DNA from: Candidatus Daviesbacteria bacterium
GTDB lineage: Bacteria > Patescibacteriota > Microgenomatia > Daviesbacterales > UBA10151
Direction: 5' to 3'
Length of the DNA stretch: 64,000 nucleotides
Assembly: GCA_016183305.1 (NCBI GenBank)
Contig: JACPEW010000018.1
Location: 2,280-66,279 of the forward strand
The notes below the pieces were generated by a model. That model saw only the letters and a list, made by a program, of their open reading frames with translations, ran no database searches and was not told the DNA's origin. Made by a program: the position numbers and the translations under genes. Positions within the stretch are counted from its first letter, which is position 1; each line of letters starts with the position of its first letter. Below, one piece after another: positions 45,996 to 56,068 of this stretch.

Positions 45996-46259
45996 TTAGG
46001 TTTATGACTGATTCGGATACTTATTCCCTAAGGAAAACAGAAGTTTACTTATCATTATTATTTTCAATCTTTAACTTATTTTTTCTAAAACTTATTTTGA
46101 ATCAAAACCACCACAACTATAATCAGGGATAACATAAACAGGTTTAAATTCTTTTAGTTGGGTACGAAGTAAGTCTGTCCACCCACCCACTTTTTTAATC
46201 CCCGTAGGTGTTTTGATTTTGGTGATATACACTATATATAAATGTGTTATAATACATTT

Positions 46260-46353
46260 ACAACAAGTTACCAGTGACAAATCCCTCGGTAGGGAAAGCT
46301 GCAAAAAGCTAGCTGACTAACTGACCCCGCTTTCTAGCGGGGTTTATTTTTTT
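46260..46353 (+). ncRNA. candidate DUF3800-associated structured RNA
   Basis: TGn-TATAAT at 46245-46253; AGUUA/UAACU closing stem; UCCCU-CGGU-AGGGA and AGCU-GCAAAA-AGCU hairpins; ACCCCGCU/AGCGGGGU-U-rich terminator. Confidence 0.6.
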
Positions 46354-46635
46354 TGTCTAGGATCTTCTCTATGGCTCCAGTCTCAAAATGTAATTCCATG
46401 GTTAGCTTTTTATCTCTTTTTAATTTTCTAAACCATCTTTTAGGGTCGAGCTCGCCTGGATTGTCATAATACCTTCTGATTAAACCAGCAAGACAATCTG
46501 CTAATTGGATTTCTAGGGAAGAGTTATTCCTAACTGTTTTGAGAATCCAACTGAAATGCCTCTGTCTCTTAATATTTTTTTGAGTTTATGCTCGTACCAT
46601 TTTGGCTTTTTACCGTCAATAAAGATAACCATATC
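46334..46635 (-). pseudogene. 3' half of a DUF3800-like gene, frameshifted and 5'-truncated
   Basis: IFIDGKKPKWYEHKLKKILRDRGISV / LKTVRNNSSLEIQLADCLAGLIRRYYDN. Confidence 0.7.
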
Positions 46636-46723
46636 AGCTAAACTATATCATAGTTAGGAATTACATAAATAGGCACAAACTCTTTAAGTTGGGTACAAAG
46701 TAAATCTGCTCAAGAACCCATTA

Positions 46724-46996
46724 TTAGCTTAGCTTCTGGGTTACAAAGTTCTCTATTAAAGTGCTATAAACTAAAACTTCTTCTGCAAACTTTTCATTAA
46801 GGCTTTTATCTTTATTTATCTTTGCTAGAATGTTTGTTATATAGAGTGGGATTTTGTTCGAGTCAATTTCTGCCTTTCTAACTAAGGCTTCCTGGTAAAA
46901 TCTATCAGCCATCTTTACAGATCCTCTGTTCAATCCGATAGCTACCCTACTTAGGTCTAATGCCAAAGATGCCAAGCTGTTTTTTATATCATTCAT
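46724..46996 (-). CDS. small helical hypothetical protein
   Basis: LASLALDLSRVAIG; 4-bp overlap with the upstream gene. Confidence 0.65.
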   Translation of the reverse strand: MNDIKNSLASLALDLSRVAIGLNRGSVKMADRFYQEALVRKAEIDSNKIPLYITNILAKINKDKSLNEKFAEEVLVYSTLIENFVTQKLS

Positions 46997-47331
46997 ATAA
47001 TCTCGCTAAAAAAATACTTAGTTAATTCTTCATATTCTTTTCTAATTTCAGGATTTTGAATTTGGTTACTGGTATTATTATCATTTGGCCTGATATTGAT
47101 AAAAGAATTAAAATCAATTACTTTTGTTTCCAAATCAATCCCTCCACCCCACAAGTCACCTTGTTTTGAGCCTTGATCCAAAAGAATCTTCTCTCCCTCG
47201 AAATGCCTATCCATGCCGGCTGAACAAACCCTTTTTTCAGTATCTATGACAGTTTTAATATAAACATCAAATACTTCCTTTAGCTTTTCTATCTCTACTT
47301 TTGTGAAAGGTTGTGTTTTGGTAATAACCAC
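46993..47331 (-). CDS. DUF5674-like protein
   Basis: IKTVID...G...H..GE..LL..GSKQGDLWGG...FNSFINIRP..N. Confidence 0.75.
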   Translation of the reverse strand: MVITKTQPFTKVEIEKLKEVFDVYIKTVIDTEKRVCSAGMDRHFEGEKILLDQGSKQGDLWGGGIDLETKVIDFNSFINIRPNDNNTSNQIQNPEIRKEYEELTKYFFSEII

Positions 47332-47451
47332 AGGGTTATTTTAGCACAGCTTAGGAACCAGAATGTAGATGGTTCAAAGATCCTCCAAAAGCGGACCGCA
47401 AGGAAGATTATTACTCCGTGGATCCCAAGCATTTTCAGCCCCAATTGAAAA

Positions 47452-47757
47452 TTATATTATTTTCTTTGGGGTGATCAAAATTTTATCTATCCTGTTGCCA
47501 TCCATATCCATTACTTCAAACCTAAAGTCTGTCCATTCTACCTTATCTCCGGAAGCAGGGATATGCCCAAGCCTATACATAATAAAACCTCCAACAGTGT
47601 GAAACACCCCGGATTTCTCATCAGGGAGTTTTCCAATATGGAAGTAGTCTTTAAATTCATCTATTGGCGCTAAACCATCAACAAGGTATGTTCCGTCTTC
47701 CCGTTTTGTTATCCCGCGTTCTTCCAGCTCATCAATAGTGGGAATATCACCAACAAT
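47452..47757 (-). pseudogene. orphan CorC/HlyC transporter-associated domain (5'-truncated hemolysin/CNNM gene)
   Basis: IVGDIP...REDGTYLVDG...HTVGGFIMYRLGHIP..GD...FRFEVMDMDGNRIDKILI; preceded by an in-frame stop, no start. Confidence 0.8.
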
Positions 47758-47764
47758 CTAGAAG

Positions 47765-48220
47765 TTAAGCAAATTGTTCTTGTAGTTCTTTTAATTCCTG
47801 GGCCTCGATATCCCGTAATTTGGCCTTAATAACCCGTTCCCCCACTATAATATCCTGCTTGGTTTGAGCAGTAAATAGGAGTTTTGAAATCTCTCCAAAG
47901 GTAATCCAGGTAGGAGTGCCACTATCTAAATCATTAAACTTTTTGGTACTTTTTACCTCAGCATAAAAAACATGGTTAGGTTTATTCCTTACATTATGGA
48001 AATAATCATAAATAGGGTATATATCCTTTGGCCTAAGATTAATATTTAACAGCAAATTAGTTATCCTCTGGAAAGCAGCAGCAGCCTCTTCTTTTCCTTT
48101 TCCTTCCCCCCCTATTGTGGACCATAAAGATTGATTAGTTCCTGATTTGGACTGTATTAAGAGGATTTGATTAGTTTTGGGACTGTAAAGGAATCCGCTT
48201 ATATAAAAGGAGGTTTGCAC
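47765..48220 (-). CDS. degenerate NUDIX-fold protein
   Basis: QILLIQ...WSTIGG...EEAAAAFQR; the Nudix-box glutamates are absent. Confidence 0.55.
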   Translation of the reverse strand: MQTSFYISGFLYSPKTNQILLIQSKSGTNQSLWSTIGGEGKGKEEAAAAFQRITNLLLNINLRPKDIYPIYDYFHNVRNKPNHVFYAEVKSTKKFNDLDSGTPTWITFGEISKLLFTAQTKQDIIVGERVIKAKLRDIEAQELKELQEQFA

Positions 48221-48244
48221 TGCGCTAGTATAACACTTTGGGAG

Positions 48245-49453
48245 TTAATTAACAAAGGTTAAAGCAAAACCCATTTTACCTGCCCTGCCTGTCCTGCCAA
48301 TCCTATGAATATAGTCCTCATAAGTTTGCGGCAGGTCATAGTTAATAACATGCGTAACATTATCTATATCTATCCCTCTTGAGGCCACATCTGTTGCCAA
48401 GAGAATTTGTATCTCATTTTGTTTAAAGCTTTGTAGAATTCTTTGTCTTTGGTTTTGTCTTTTATTGCCATGGATTGCCCCTACTTTAAAACCCCTAAAT
48501 TCCAATTCCTTGTTAAGTTTTTCAATTCCATGCTTTGTTCTGCCAAATATAAGCACCTTATCAAAGCCATCTTTGATTAATAAATCATGCAGCTTTCCTA
48601 TTTTAGCTTCTGAGCTGGATACTCTAATAACATCCTGTGTTACATTTTCAGAAGTATCCTGCTTTTTAATAGAAATAGTTACCGGATTAGTAACAAAGGA
48701 ACGTAAAACATCCTGTATCCTGGATGAAATTGTAGCGGAGAAGAAAAGCGATTGCCTTATTTTTGGCATTAAAGAGATAAAAAGTTTTACATCCCTGATA
48801 AATCCAATATCTACCATTAAATCAACCTCATCCAAAACAATATGAGAATAATCTTCCAAATATATGGCTCTTCTGTTTATAAGGTCTTTTAATCTGCCTG
48901 GCGTGGCAATAACCATATGAGGGTTCCTTCTTAAATCCTGAATTTGTCTATGCATATTGGTTCCTCCAATGATAAATGCTGAGAATAATTTCATGTTCCT
49001 GCTTAAATTCCTGAATTCTTCATTAATTTGCGCAGCCAATTCCCTGGTTGGGACAATAATTAAGGCTTTTTGGTTTCTGTTTAAGTAAATTTTATGGATA
49101 AGGGGGATTAAAAAAGCTGCAGTCTTACCTGTGCCTGTAGAAGCCAAACCAATGACATCTCTGCCCTCTAAAATAGGATTTATTGCCTGGGATTGGATAG
49201 GGGTTGGTTTTAAGTAGCCAAGACTGGAAATATTTTGTTTTAAAGCTTCATGAAGGTTAAATACATTAAAGCTTTGTATCCCGGTTTGAGGATTTTCTGT
49301 CTCAGTTTGTACCGCCTGACGGATAAACATATTTATGTCTGCATTTTCCAGCTGACTTTTTCTTTGGCCACGTTGGCCAAATCTATTACCATTAAATGGT
49401 CTGGAAGGCCTATTATTTGAATGATTGAATCTTAAACGATTATGGTTATACAT
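48245..49453 (-). CDS. DEAD-box RNA helicase
   Basis: PTPIQ, TGTGKT, PTRELA, TPGR, DEVD, SAT, HRIGRTGR. Confidence 0.95.
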   Translation of the reverse strand: MYNHNRLRFNHSNNRPSRPFNGNRFGQRGQRKSQLENADINMFIRQAVQTETENPQTGIQSFNVFNLHEALKQNISSLGYLKPTPIQSQAINPILEGRDVIGLASTGTGKTAAFLIPLIHKIYLNRNQKALIIVPTRELAAQINEEFRNLSRNMKLFSAFIIGGTNMHRQIQDLRRNPHMVIATPGRLKDLINRRAIYLEDYSHIVLDEVDLMVDIGFIRDVKLFISLMPKIRQSLFFSATISSRIQDVLRSFVTNPVTISIKKQDTSENVTQDVIRVSSSEAKIGKLHDLLIKDGFDKVLIFGRTKHGIEKLNKELEFRGFKVGAIHGNKRQNQRQRILQSFKQNEIQILLATDVASRGIDIDNVTHVINYDLPQTYEDYIHRIGRTGRAGKMGFALTFVN

Positions 49454-49680
49454 AAAATTGGATCTTCTTCATCACACTTAAAAAAGAGGATGAAGAAGAA
49501 CATTAATAAAATTGAAAAAGAAAAAACTAATTTAAAAAATTAGTAGGGAGCTACTTAAGAAGGTTCAATCCGTGAGGAAAAAATATCTACTAGCTCAAAT
49601 TCTAAATCAACCAACAAATAGTGTAACACACTTGTTTAAATAAAGCAAATCGCTATAGGATAAGATATAATTAAATACTT

Positions 49681-50685
49681 ATGAATTTTTGGCAGAAGTT
49701 AAAAAAACCTATTTCTTTACTGGCTCCTATGGATGGGGTGACTGATACTGTTTTCAGACAAATTGTAGTATCTGCTGGCAAACCTGATGTGCTTTTTACT
49801 GAGTTTGTCCCTGTTGATGGTCTGGTTTCTAAGGGGTATGAGAGAATTTTAGCGTCCTTAAAATATACAGAAGCAGAAAGACCTCTTGTTGTCCAAATCT
49901 GGGGGGCTATACCAGAAAACTTTTATAAAGTTGCTCAAATGCTTAGCAAACTGGGTTTTGATGGAATTGATATTAATATGGGCTGTCCTGATGAAAGTGT
50001 TATTAAAAAAGGTGCAGGATCAGCATTAATTAATAATCCCAAACTAGCAGTAGAAATTATTGAAGCTACTATTAAAGGAGCTAATGGATTGCCTGTCAGT
50101 GTTAAAACCAGGATTGGTTTTGATACTATTGATATAGAAAGCTGGGTTACTACCCTACTTCAAACTCCTATCTCTGCCTTAACTTTGCATCTGAGAACAA
50201 AGCTGGAGATGTCTAAAGCTTCAGCCCGCTGGGAGCAAATTTCTAAAGCTGTGAAAATTAGAAAGAAACTTAAATCAAAGGCTTTAATTATAGGCAATGG
50301 AGATATTAAATCCCTGCAGCAGGCTAGAAAAATGGTTAAAAAGTATGGAATTGATGGAGTAATGATTGGTGAGGGGATTTTTAAAAATGTTTGGCTGTTT
50401 AATGAAAAAGTTGATATTAAAAAGGCTACTCCTCAAAAGAAAATAAAGCTGCTTGTTAAACACCTAAGACTCTTCAGGAAAACCTGGGGAAATAAAAAAC
50501 ATTTTGAGCTGATGAAAAAGTTTGTTAAGTGTTATGTAAGTAACTTTAATGGGGCATTTGCCAGCAGGGAAAAATTAATGGCAACAAAGTCTTTGGATGA
50601 ATTAATTCAAAGCAGTACCTTGTTGACTAAATCCACTACTTCCTGGGCACAGCCCCACGATAGGGTGAAACCAGCACCGCCATGA
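49681..50685 (+). CDS. dus: tRNA-dihydrouridine synthase family protein
   Basis: LAPMDGVTD, IDINMGCP, PVSVKTRIG, GNGDI, DGVMIG. Confidence 0.9.
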   Translation: MNFWQKLKKPISLLAPMDGVTDTVFRQIVVSAGKPDVLFTEFVPVDGLVSKGYERILASLKYTEAERPLVVQIWGAIPENFYKVAQMLSKLGFDGIDINMGCPDESVIKKGAGSALINNPKLAVEIIEATIKGANGLPVSVKTRIGFDTIDIESWVTTLLQTPISALTLHLRTKLEMSKASARWEQISKAVKIRKKLKSKALIIGNGDIKSLQQARKMVKKYGIDGVMIGEGIFKNVWLFNEKVDIKKATPQKKIKLLVKHLRLFRKTWGNKKHFELMKKFVKCYVSNFNGAFASREKLMATKSLDELIQSSTLLTKSTTSWAQPHDRVKPAPP

Positions 50686-51557
50686 CCATAATTGTGAATT
50701 ACCACTTTGCCTCCAAACTTTTGGGCTTCTAATCTAACTTCAGGTCTGACTGGGCGGAGTCCAACAGATTCCCCAATAACTTCTGCATTTTTTAATTCCG
50801 GGTAAATACTAGCTACTTTTTTTAAAATATCCTGAGTGTCTTTGGGATCAATCTCCAAGCTCCAGTTATTTTCCTGAGTTGTTCCACCCAATAAAACATC
50901 ATGAGTTCTAGGAATAATTACTGCTAAACTATTTGGTCCTTCCTCATCTGCTATTATCTTGTTAAAACCATTTAGCTTAACTTTAACCATTTGGCCTCTA
51001 ACTGGGAATATTGAAGTATCACCAAATAATTTCCTTGAACCCAAACCAGTACAATTTACCACTAAATTATATTCAGCAAAAGCCTCATTGATAGAAGAAA
51101 TTTCTTTTTGGATCAATACTCCCCCTAAGCCTTTAAATAGGGAAACTAACCAGTCCATATAATAAGTAGTATCTACTACCAAACCCTCAAATTCGTATCC
51201 ATCCTGATAGCCTGCTGGTAAATCTTTAGCTGGGATCCTTCTATATCCTGGGACAATATCCTGCCACCACTGATCATTCTTTGCTGCAGTAAACAACCCA
51301 GCAGTTTTTATTTTCATATAACCACTTTTTGAATCCTTAGCTATTACTCTATTAAAATAATCCAGTGTATTTTTGCCCCACCTCATTACTTTTTCTTTTG
51401 GATTACAAAGGTATGGAGCCCAAGCTGCAGCTGCTTTATCTGAAGTAGTATTGGGGGGCAGGTCTTTTGCCCAAATAGTTACCTGATAGCCTTTTTTTAA
51501 CAATAAAATTCCACTAGATAACCCAGATACTCCAGCTCCTAAAACCAGGATTCTCAT
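50607..51557 (-). CDS. D-amino-acid oxidase family FAD oxidoreductase
   Basis: GAGVSG, TTS..AA, VNCTGLG, PVRGQ, GLRP, HNYGHGGAG...SWGCA. Confidence 0.88.
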   Translation of the reverse strand: MRILVLGAGVSGLSSGILLLKKGYQVTIWAKDLPPNTTSDKAAAAWAPYLCNPKEKVMRWGKNTLDYFNRVIAKDSKSGYMKIKTAGLFTAAKNDQWWQDIVPGYRRIPAKDLPAGYQDGYEFEGLVVDTTYYMDWLVSLFKGLGGVLIQKEISSINEAFAEYNLVVNCTGLGSRKLFGDTSIFPVRGQMVKVKLNGFNKIIADEEGPNSLAVIIPRTHDVLLGGTTQENNWSLEIDPKDTQDILKKVASIYPELKNAEVIGESVGLRPVRPEVRLEAQKFGGKVVIHNYGHGGAGFTLSWGCAQEVVDLVNKVLL

Positions 51558-51558
51558 C

Positions 51559-51837
51559 TTACTTACCCTTTTTTGCTGTTAGTTTCTTAGCCCCGCTTTT
51601 TGCTTCATCAGAAGCCTGACTGACTCTTTCTTTAATTTCTAAGGCTCTTTTTCTGATTTCCTTAAAAATTCTGCTTCCTTCTTTTTCCAAATTGTCTAAA
51701 ACCTCCTCAGCCTTTTTTCTATTCTTCTCATTTGATAAAACTACCGCTGCTGCAGCTGCTGCTGCGCCAATAACAGCCCCTGCTACACCTGTAGCTAAAG
51801 GGTTAACCCCTTTTTTTTCATCTGTCATTATACTCAC
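51559..51837 (-). CDS. YtxH-like small protein
   Basis: NPLATGVAGAVIGA...LSNEKNRKK. Confidence 0.65.
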   Translation of the reverse strand: MSIMTDEKKGVNPLATGVAGAVIGAAAAAAAVVLSNEKNRKKAEEVLDNLEKEGSRIFKEIRKRALEIKERVSQASDEAKSGAKKLTAKKGK

Positions 51838-52070
51838 CTCCCTCTTTTAAAAATTCTGCTAACTAAGGCTAAAAGTAAAGCCGGCACCATTCTAAGTGCC
51901 TTCATTTGAATTTTTTCTCTAACGTCTTGAGTGGTGTTTTCTAGAGATTCTGCTAGCTTGGAAACTGCCTTTAAGGTTTGAACTAAAAAGAAGGTAACAA
52001 AGCCAATACAAACAACAATGATTAAAAAACCTATAATTAGAACAGCATTAAGAAGATCCTGTGTACCCAT
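51834..52070 (-). CDS. small membrane protein (DUF948-like)
   Basis: TM helix then amphipathic helix; coupled to the YtxH-like gene. Confidence 0.6.
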   Translation of the reverse strand: MGTQDLLNAVLIIGFLIIVVCIGFVTFFLVQTLKAVSKLAESLENTTQDVREKIQMKALRMVPALLLALVSRIFKRGR

Positions 52071-52136
52071 GAAGGTATTATATCATCAGTTACATGAATT
52101 TGCTTTTTGGGGCTTATTTTAATAAGATAAGATGAT

Positions 52137-52505
52137 ATGGAATATTTATCAATCATACCTGCTACAGCCTTAGGTTATTTAACCTTTAGGGCAACTGGGC
52201 ATCCTACATCCAGAATCAGAAGGAAGCTGCCTAATATTAAGAGTAAAAGAGTACAGGTTTTTCCGGTGGTTAGAGCCAGGGTATTCGACAGGGTAATTCA
52301 TCTGCATCATTGGTTTGCTTTTTCCATAGTCTTAATTTTGTCTTTTTTCCTGTCTTTAGGAATTTTTGATTTTATTGTTACTAAAGGAATACTCTTGGGA
52401 GGAATCATTCATGGATTAACTTTACCAAAAGAACACAGAAAAATTATTTATAAAGATTTCTCAGTAGAAAGACTGACTACAATAGATAATGATTATAAGT
52501 CGTGA
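52137..52505 (+). CDS. hypothetical membrane protein
   Basis: HLHHW motif, TM segments. Confidence 0.6.
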   Translation: MEYLSIIPATALGYLTFRATGHPTSRIRRKLPNIKSKRVQVFPVVRARVFDRVIHLHHWFAFSIVLILSFFLSLGIFDFIVTKGILLGGIIHGLTLPKEHRKIIYKDFSVERLTTIDNDYKS

Positions 52506-53116
52506 ACAACCAATCCCCTTTTCTAATTGTGCTTACTGGTAAAACAGCCTCAGGCAAAGATACTGTGATGGCTAAGCTCATGAATACACTTCCTAATTTA
52601 AAAAAAGTTGTTACTACTACTTCAAGAAAACCTAGAAGTAATGAAAAAAATGGTGTTGATTATTATTTTATTTCTGAAGCTGAATTTAGGCAAAAAATTA
52701 ACCAGGAGGATTTTATTGAATATGTAAGTTATGGCGGTAATTTATATGGCACAGAAAAAAAACAAATAACTGATAACCTTGATAAAAACTTAATTTGGAG
52801 GATAGATCCTTCTAGAGCAGGTCAAATAAAAGAGTTTATGGAAGATTCTGACTTTAAGCTTACCCAAAACTTGTTAAAAAGAACTGCAGTCATATATCTA
52901 ACCACCTCAGATGAGGTAGTCCTGGAAAGACTAAAAAGAAGAGGTCTAACCAAACAGGAAATTGAAACTAGGATGGGGGAAGACCAAAGGTTTTGGAAAC
53001 AATTTAAAGATAATTATAATTTTGTAGTAGAAAATACTCCTGGTAAGCTAAATGAAACTGTTGCCAAAATCATACAAATAATATACTTTTTGGCAAAAGA
53101 CTGTAATTTAAAATGA
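52502..53116 (+). CDS. gmk: guanylate kinase
   Basis: GKTASGKDT, TTTSRKPR..EKNGVDYYF, YGT. Confidence 0.88.
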   Translation: MNNQSPFLIVLTGKTASGKDTVMAKLMNTLPNLKKVVTTTSRKPRSNEKNGVDYYFISEAEFRQKINQEDFIEYVSYGGNLYGTEKKQITDNLDKNLIWRIDPSRAGQIKEFMEDSDFKLTQNLLKRTAVIYLTTSDEVVLERLKRRGLTKQEIETRMGEDQRFWKQFKDNYNFVVENTPGKLNETVAKIIQIIYFLAKDCNLK

Positions 53117-53161
53117 TTTAAATTATAGAAAATCGCTTTTCCTAAGTAAGTACTGTTTAAC

Positions 53162-53770
53162 TCACCCGGGTTTTGAAGTTTTGAGGGCATATTCTGCAGG
53201 GGTAAGCCACTCCGGTAGAGCTACTGTTTTATATTTAGAATTTCTAACTAAGGTAGGTTTACCATCTTCTTCTACCACATAATAGGCAAAGCCCTGCATT
53301 TTTTGGACAGCTTTATAATCAGCATGGCCTGGCAAAGAAACAGGATCAACCTCCTTAAAATTAACAGGGCTGTCATCAACTGTCACCAACCAGGTCTTAC
53401 CAGTGTTTACCACTAAATGGCCTGTCTCAGATGGTATAAATACTTTATCTCCAGCTTTTACTGAAATAGCATAAAATGAAACTATTTCATCATCAACCGG
53501 GTTACTCCCTGAGTCCCTTTTCCTGGTTTGAAGTAAAACTATTCCTTCTCCAGATATTACATGATAAGTTTCATCTAAGTTTCCAATATGGTAGTGCCCA
53601 TAAGTTTTAATATATTCACCACCAACTGTACCTACCTCCCAAACAGTAATATTGGTTTTGTCAGAACCTCCTCTGATCATATAGTAGTGGATTTCCGGAC
53701 CCTCTGCTTCAGGGTGCATCAGGACTTCCTGCATCTTGGAGTGTTCTCTTGCAGCAAAGGGTTTTAGCAT
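53162..53770 (-). CDS. cupin-type glucose-6-phosphate isomerase family protein
   Basis: GGEYIKTYGHYH, ETY...GEG..LLQ, IP...GH...NTG; next to zwf. Confidence 0.8.
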   Translation of the reverse strand: MLKPFAAREHSKMQEVLMHPEAEGPEIHYYMIRGGSDKTNITVWEVGTVGGEYIKTYGHYHIGNLDETYHVISGEGIVLLQTRKRDSGSNPVDDEIVSFYAISVKAGDKVFIPSETGHLVVNTGKTWLVTVDDSPVNFKEVDPVSLPGHADYKAVQKMQGFAYYVVEEDGKPTLVRNSKYKTVALPEWLTPAEYALKTSKPG

Positions 53771-53796
53771 ACTTTAATAAATAATAACAAAGTGGT

Positions 53797-55236
53797 ATGG
53801 TATTAGGCAAGATGGATAAGACAAATAAGCTCAATTTAATTATTTTTGGCATCACAGGTAATTTAGCCCAAATTAAATTAATTCCGGTGCTTTATGATAT
53901 GGCAGAAAAAGGTTTGCTGCCAGAAAATATGACTATTGTTGGTATTGCTAGAAAACCAATGACCCAAAGCCAGTTCCAGGATTATTTTTACGAAGTTTTA
54001 ACCTCAGAAAATATCCACCACAAGCATGAGATTAAAAAGGATATATTTGAAAAATTATGTCAAAAGCTTCATTATCTTGCCGGAAGCGCTGATGATCCTA
54101 AATTATATGAGCAGCTAAAAAAATATAGCGGTAATAAAATATACTACCTTGCCACATATCCTGAACTCTATAAATCTATCTTTGACCACCTGCAAAAAAA
54201 TGGCTTAAATATACAAAACCATGATTGGGTCAGGCTAATGGTAGAAAAACCTATTGGTTATGACCTTAAATCTGCTCATGAGATAAACACACTATTGTTA
54301 CAGTATTTTTCTGAGGACCAAATTTATAGGTTAGACCACTATTTAGGTAAGGAGACCCTGCAAAATATTCTGAGCTTTAGGTTTGCTAATGATATTTTTG
54401 AACCTTTAATTAATGCCAGTTTTATTGATCATATTCAAATTACTGCTTTAGAGGATTTTGGGGTAGGTAAAAGAGGAGGATATTATGATTTGGTAGGAGC
54501 TTTAAAAGATGTGGGTCAAAATCACCAACTGCAGATGCTGGCTTTTTCTATTATGGATGTCCCGGATGAATTGGCCAGCCGGGCTGTTTCTAAAGAAAGG
54601 CTAAAGGTTCTAAAAAGCCTAGTACCTTTACCTGAAAAGACTGTTTTCGGTCAATATGAGGGATACCAGAAAGAAGAAAATGTAAACCTTTCCTCCCAAA
54701 CAGATACTTTTTATGCTTTTAAAACCTTTATTAATAATGATAGATTTCAAGATGTGCCTATTTATGTTAGGGCTGGTAAAAAAGCTAAACAAACAGCTAC
54801 AGAAATATCAATAGTATTTAAAAACCCCCTTAACAAATTGTTTAGTGTTGACTGCGAGGACGAGCCAAATGTTTTAATTTATAGAATCCAGCCAAATGAG
54901 GGAATAGTTTTTAAAATCCTGACAAAAAAACCAGGCCACCAAATCAAGCTTGAACCAGAATATATGCAGTATTGCTATAAAGTTGATCCTCATACTCACT
55001 ATATCCCGGATCCTTATGAAAGATTACTGGTTGATACTATAAGAGGAGACCAGACATTTTTTAACACAGCAGAAGAAGTAGAAGCACAGTGGGCTTTCAT
55101 AGACCCTTTAGCTAATGCCCGGAGTAAACCCTCTATTTACCAACCAGGATCATGGGGACCAAAAGAAGCGGATGAGTTAATAGAGGCTGATGGCAGAATG
55201 TGGCTTGAACCATCAATGGCCTTTTGCAGGATATAG
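53797..55236 (+). CDS. zwf: glucose-6-phosphate 1-dehydrogenase
   Basis: FGITGNLA, EKPIG, RLDHYLGKE, GYYD..GALKD..QNH. Confidence 0.95.
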   Translation: MVLGKMDKTNKLNLIIFGITGNLAQIKLIPVLYDMAEKGLLPENMTIVGIARKPMTQSQFQDYFYEVLTSENIHHKHEIKKDIFEKLCQKLHYLAGSADDPKLYEQLKKYSGNKIYYLATYPELYKSIFDHLQKNGLNIQNHDWVRLMVEKPIGYDLKSAHEINTLLLQYFSEDQIYRLDHYLGKETLQNILSFRFANDIFEPLINASFIDHIQITALEDFGVGKRGGYYDLVGALKDVGQNHQLQMLAFSIMDVPDELASRAVSKERLKVLKSLVPLPEKTVFGQYEGYQKEENVNLSSQTDTFYAFKTFINNDRFQDVPIYVRAGKKAKQTATEISIVFKNPLNKLFSVDCEDEPNVLIYRIQPNEGIVFKILTKKPGHQIKLEPEYMQYCYKVDPHTHYIPDPYERLLVDTIRGDQTFFNTAEEVEAQWAFIDPLANARSKPSIYQPGSWGPKEADELIEADGRMWLEPSMAFCRI

Positions 55237-55279
55237 CCTGCTAAGGTTCAACCTTGGTTAAGGAGTAACCTTAACATAT

Positions 55280-56068
55280 ATGAATTTAAATCAAGCAAGG
55301 GAATATCTTTTAACACTCCTGCCTCAGGCTGGGGAAATATTAAAGAAGTATTTTGTTTCTGGTGAATTTACTTTTCAATCAAAAGGTGGATTTGATTTTT
55401 TAACTCAAGCAGATGAGGAAGTAGATTTGTTCTTAAGGGAAGGTATTAAAAAGCAGTTTCCCGGGACTCAGCTTCTTACTGAAGAAACTGCTCCTAAAGA
55501 CCATCAAACCCTCAAAGAAATAAAAAACTTATGGGTGATAGACCCATTGGATGGGACTATTAATTTTTCCCGGGGTAATCCTCATTTTGCTATATCAGTT
55601 GGGTTGGTTGATAAAGGTATCTCAAAATTTGGGGTAGTTTTAGTACCACTGGAGAACAAGCTTTATTGGGCAGAGCAAGACCAAGAAAATGTTTTTTTAA
55701 ATGGAGAACCTATCAAAGTCTCAACTACAGAAAATTTAGAAAAAGCAGTAATGGCTTGTGATTGGACCTGGGATCTAGAGAAAAGGCTAAAAGTAGTTAC
55801 TTGGTTAAATAAAAGCTGTAGTAAGGTACTACAAATAAAACAAATGGGTAGCGCTGTAGCGGACCTAGCTGATTTAGCAGCTGGCAAACTTGATATCTAT
55901 CTTCATTCAGGTCTAAAACCGTGGGATGTGGCTGCTTGTACTTTGTTTATCGAAAAAGCAGGAGGCAGGATTACTACCCCTTCTGGAGAAAAATGGAATG
56001 TTTTTAACCCAGAAATGTTAGCTTCCAATGGGTTTTTACACACTAAAATATTAGATTTAATATCATGA
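55280..56068 (+). CDS. inositol monophosphatase family protein
   Basis: WVIDPLDGTINF, PWDVAA. Confidence 0.92.
   Translation: MNLNQAREYLLTLLPQAGEILKKYFVSGEFTFQSKGGFDFLTQADEEVDLFLREGIKKQFPGTQLLTEETAPKDHQTLKEIKNLWVIDPLDGTINFSRGNPHFAISVGLVDKGISKFGVVLVPLENKLYWAEQDQENVFLNGEPIKVSTTENLEKAVMACDWTWDLEKRLKVVTWLNKSCSKVLQIKQMGSAVADLADLAAGKLDIYLHSGLKPWDVAACTLFIEKAGGRITTPSGEKWNVFNPEMLASNGFLHTKILDLIS

Larger units (their letters stand above)
42574..47445. mobile_element. tRNA-His-anchored island without integrase, with three type-E junctions
   Basis: homologous segments at about 43135-43252, 46092-46190 and 46640-46712; TA and nuclease cargo; right boundary approximate. Confidence 0.65.

Noticed and set aside
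46092..46304. 70-aa ORF as a real gene
   Set aside because: Only its last third is the conserved type E tail; the rest is antisense read-through of the sRNA promoter.
55243..55272. aaggttcaacctt...aaggagtaacctt short palindromes
   Set aside because: Possibly another REP family, but a single short instance cannot be supported.
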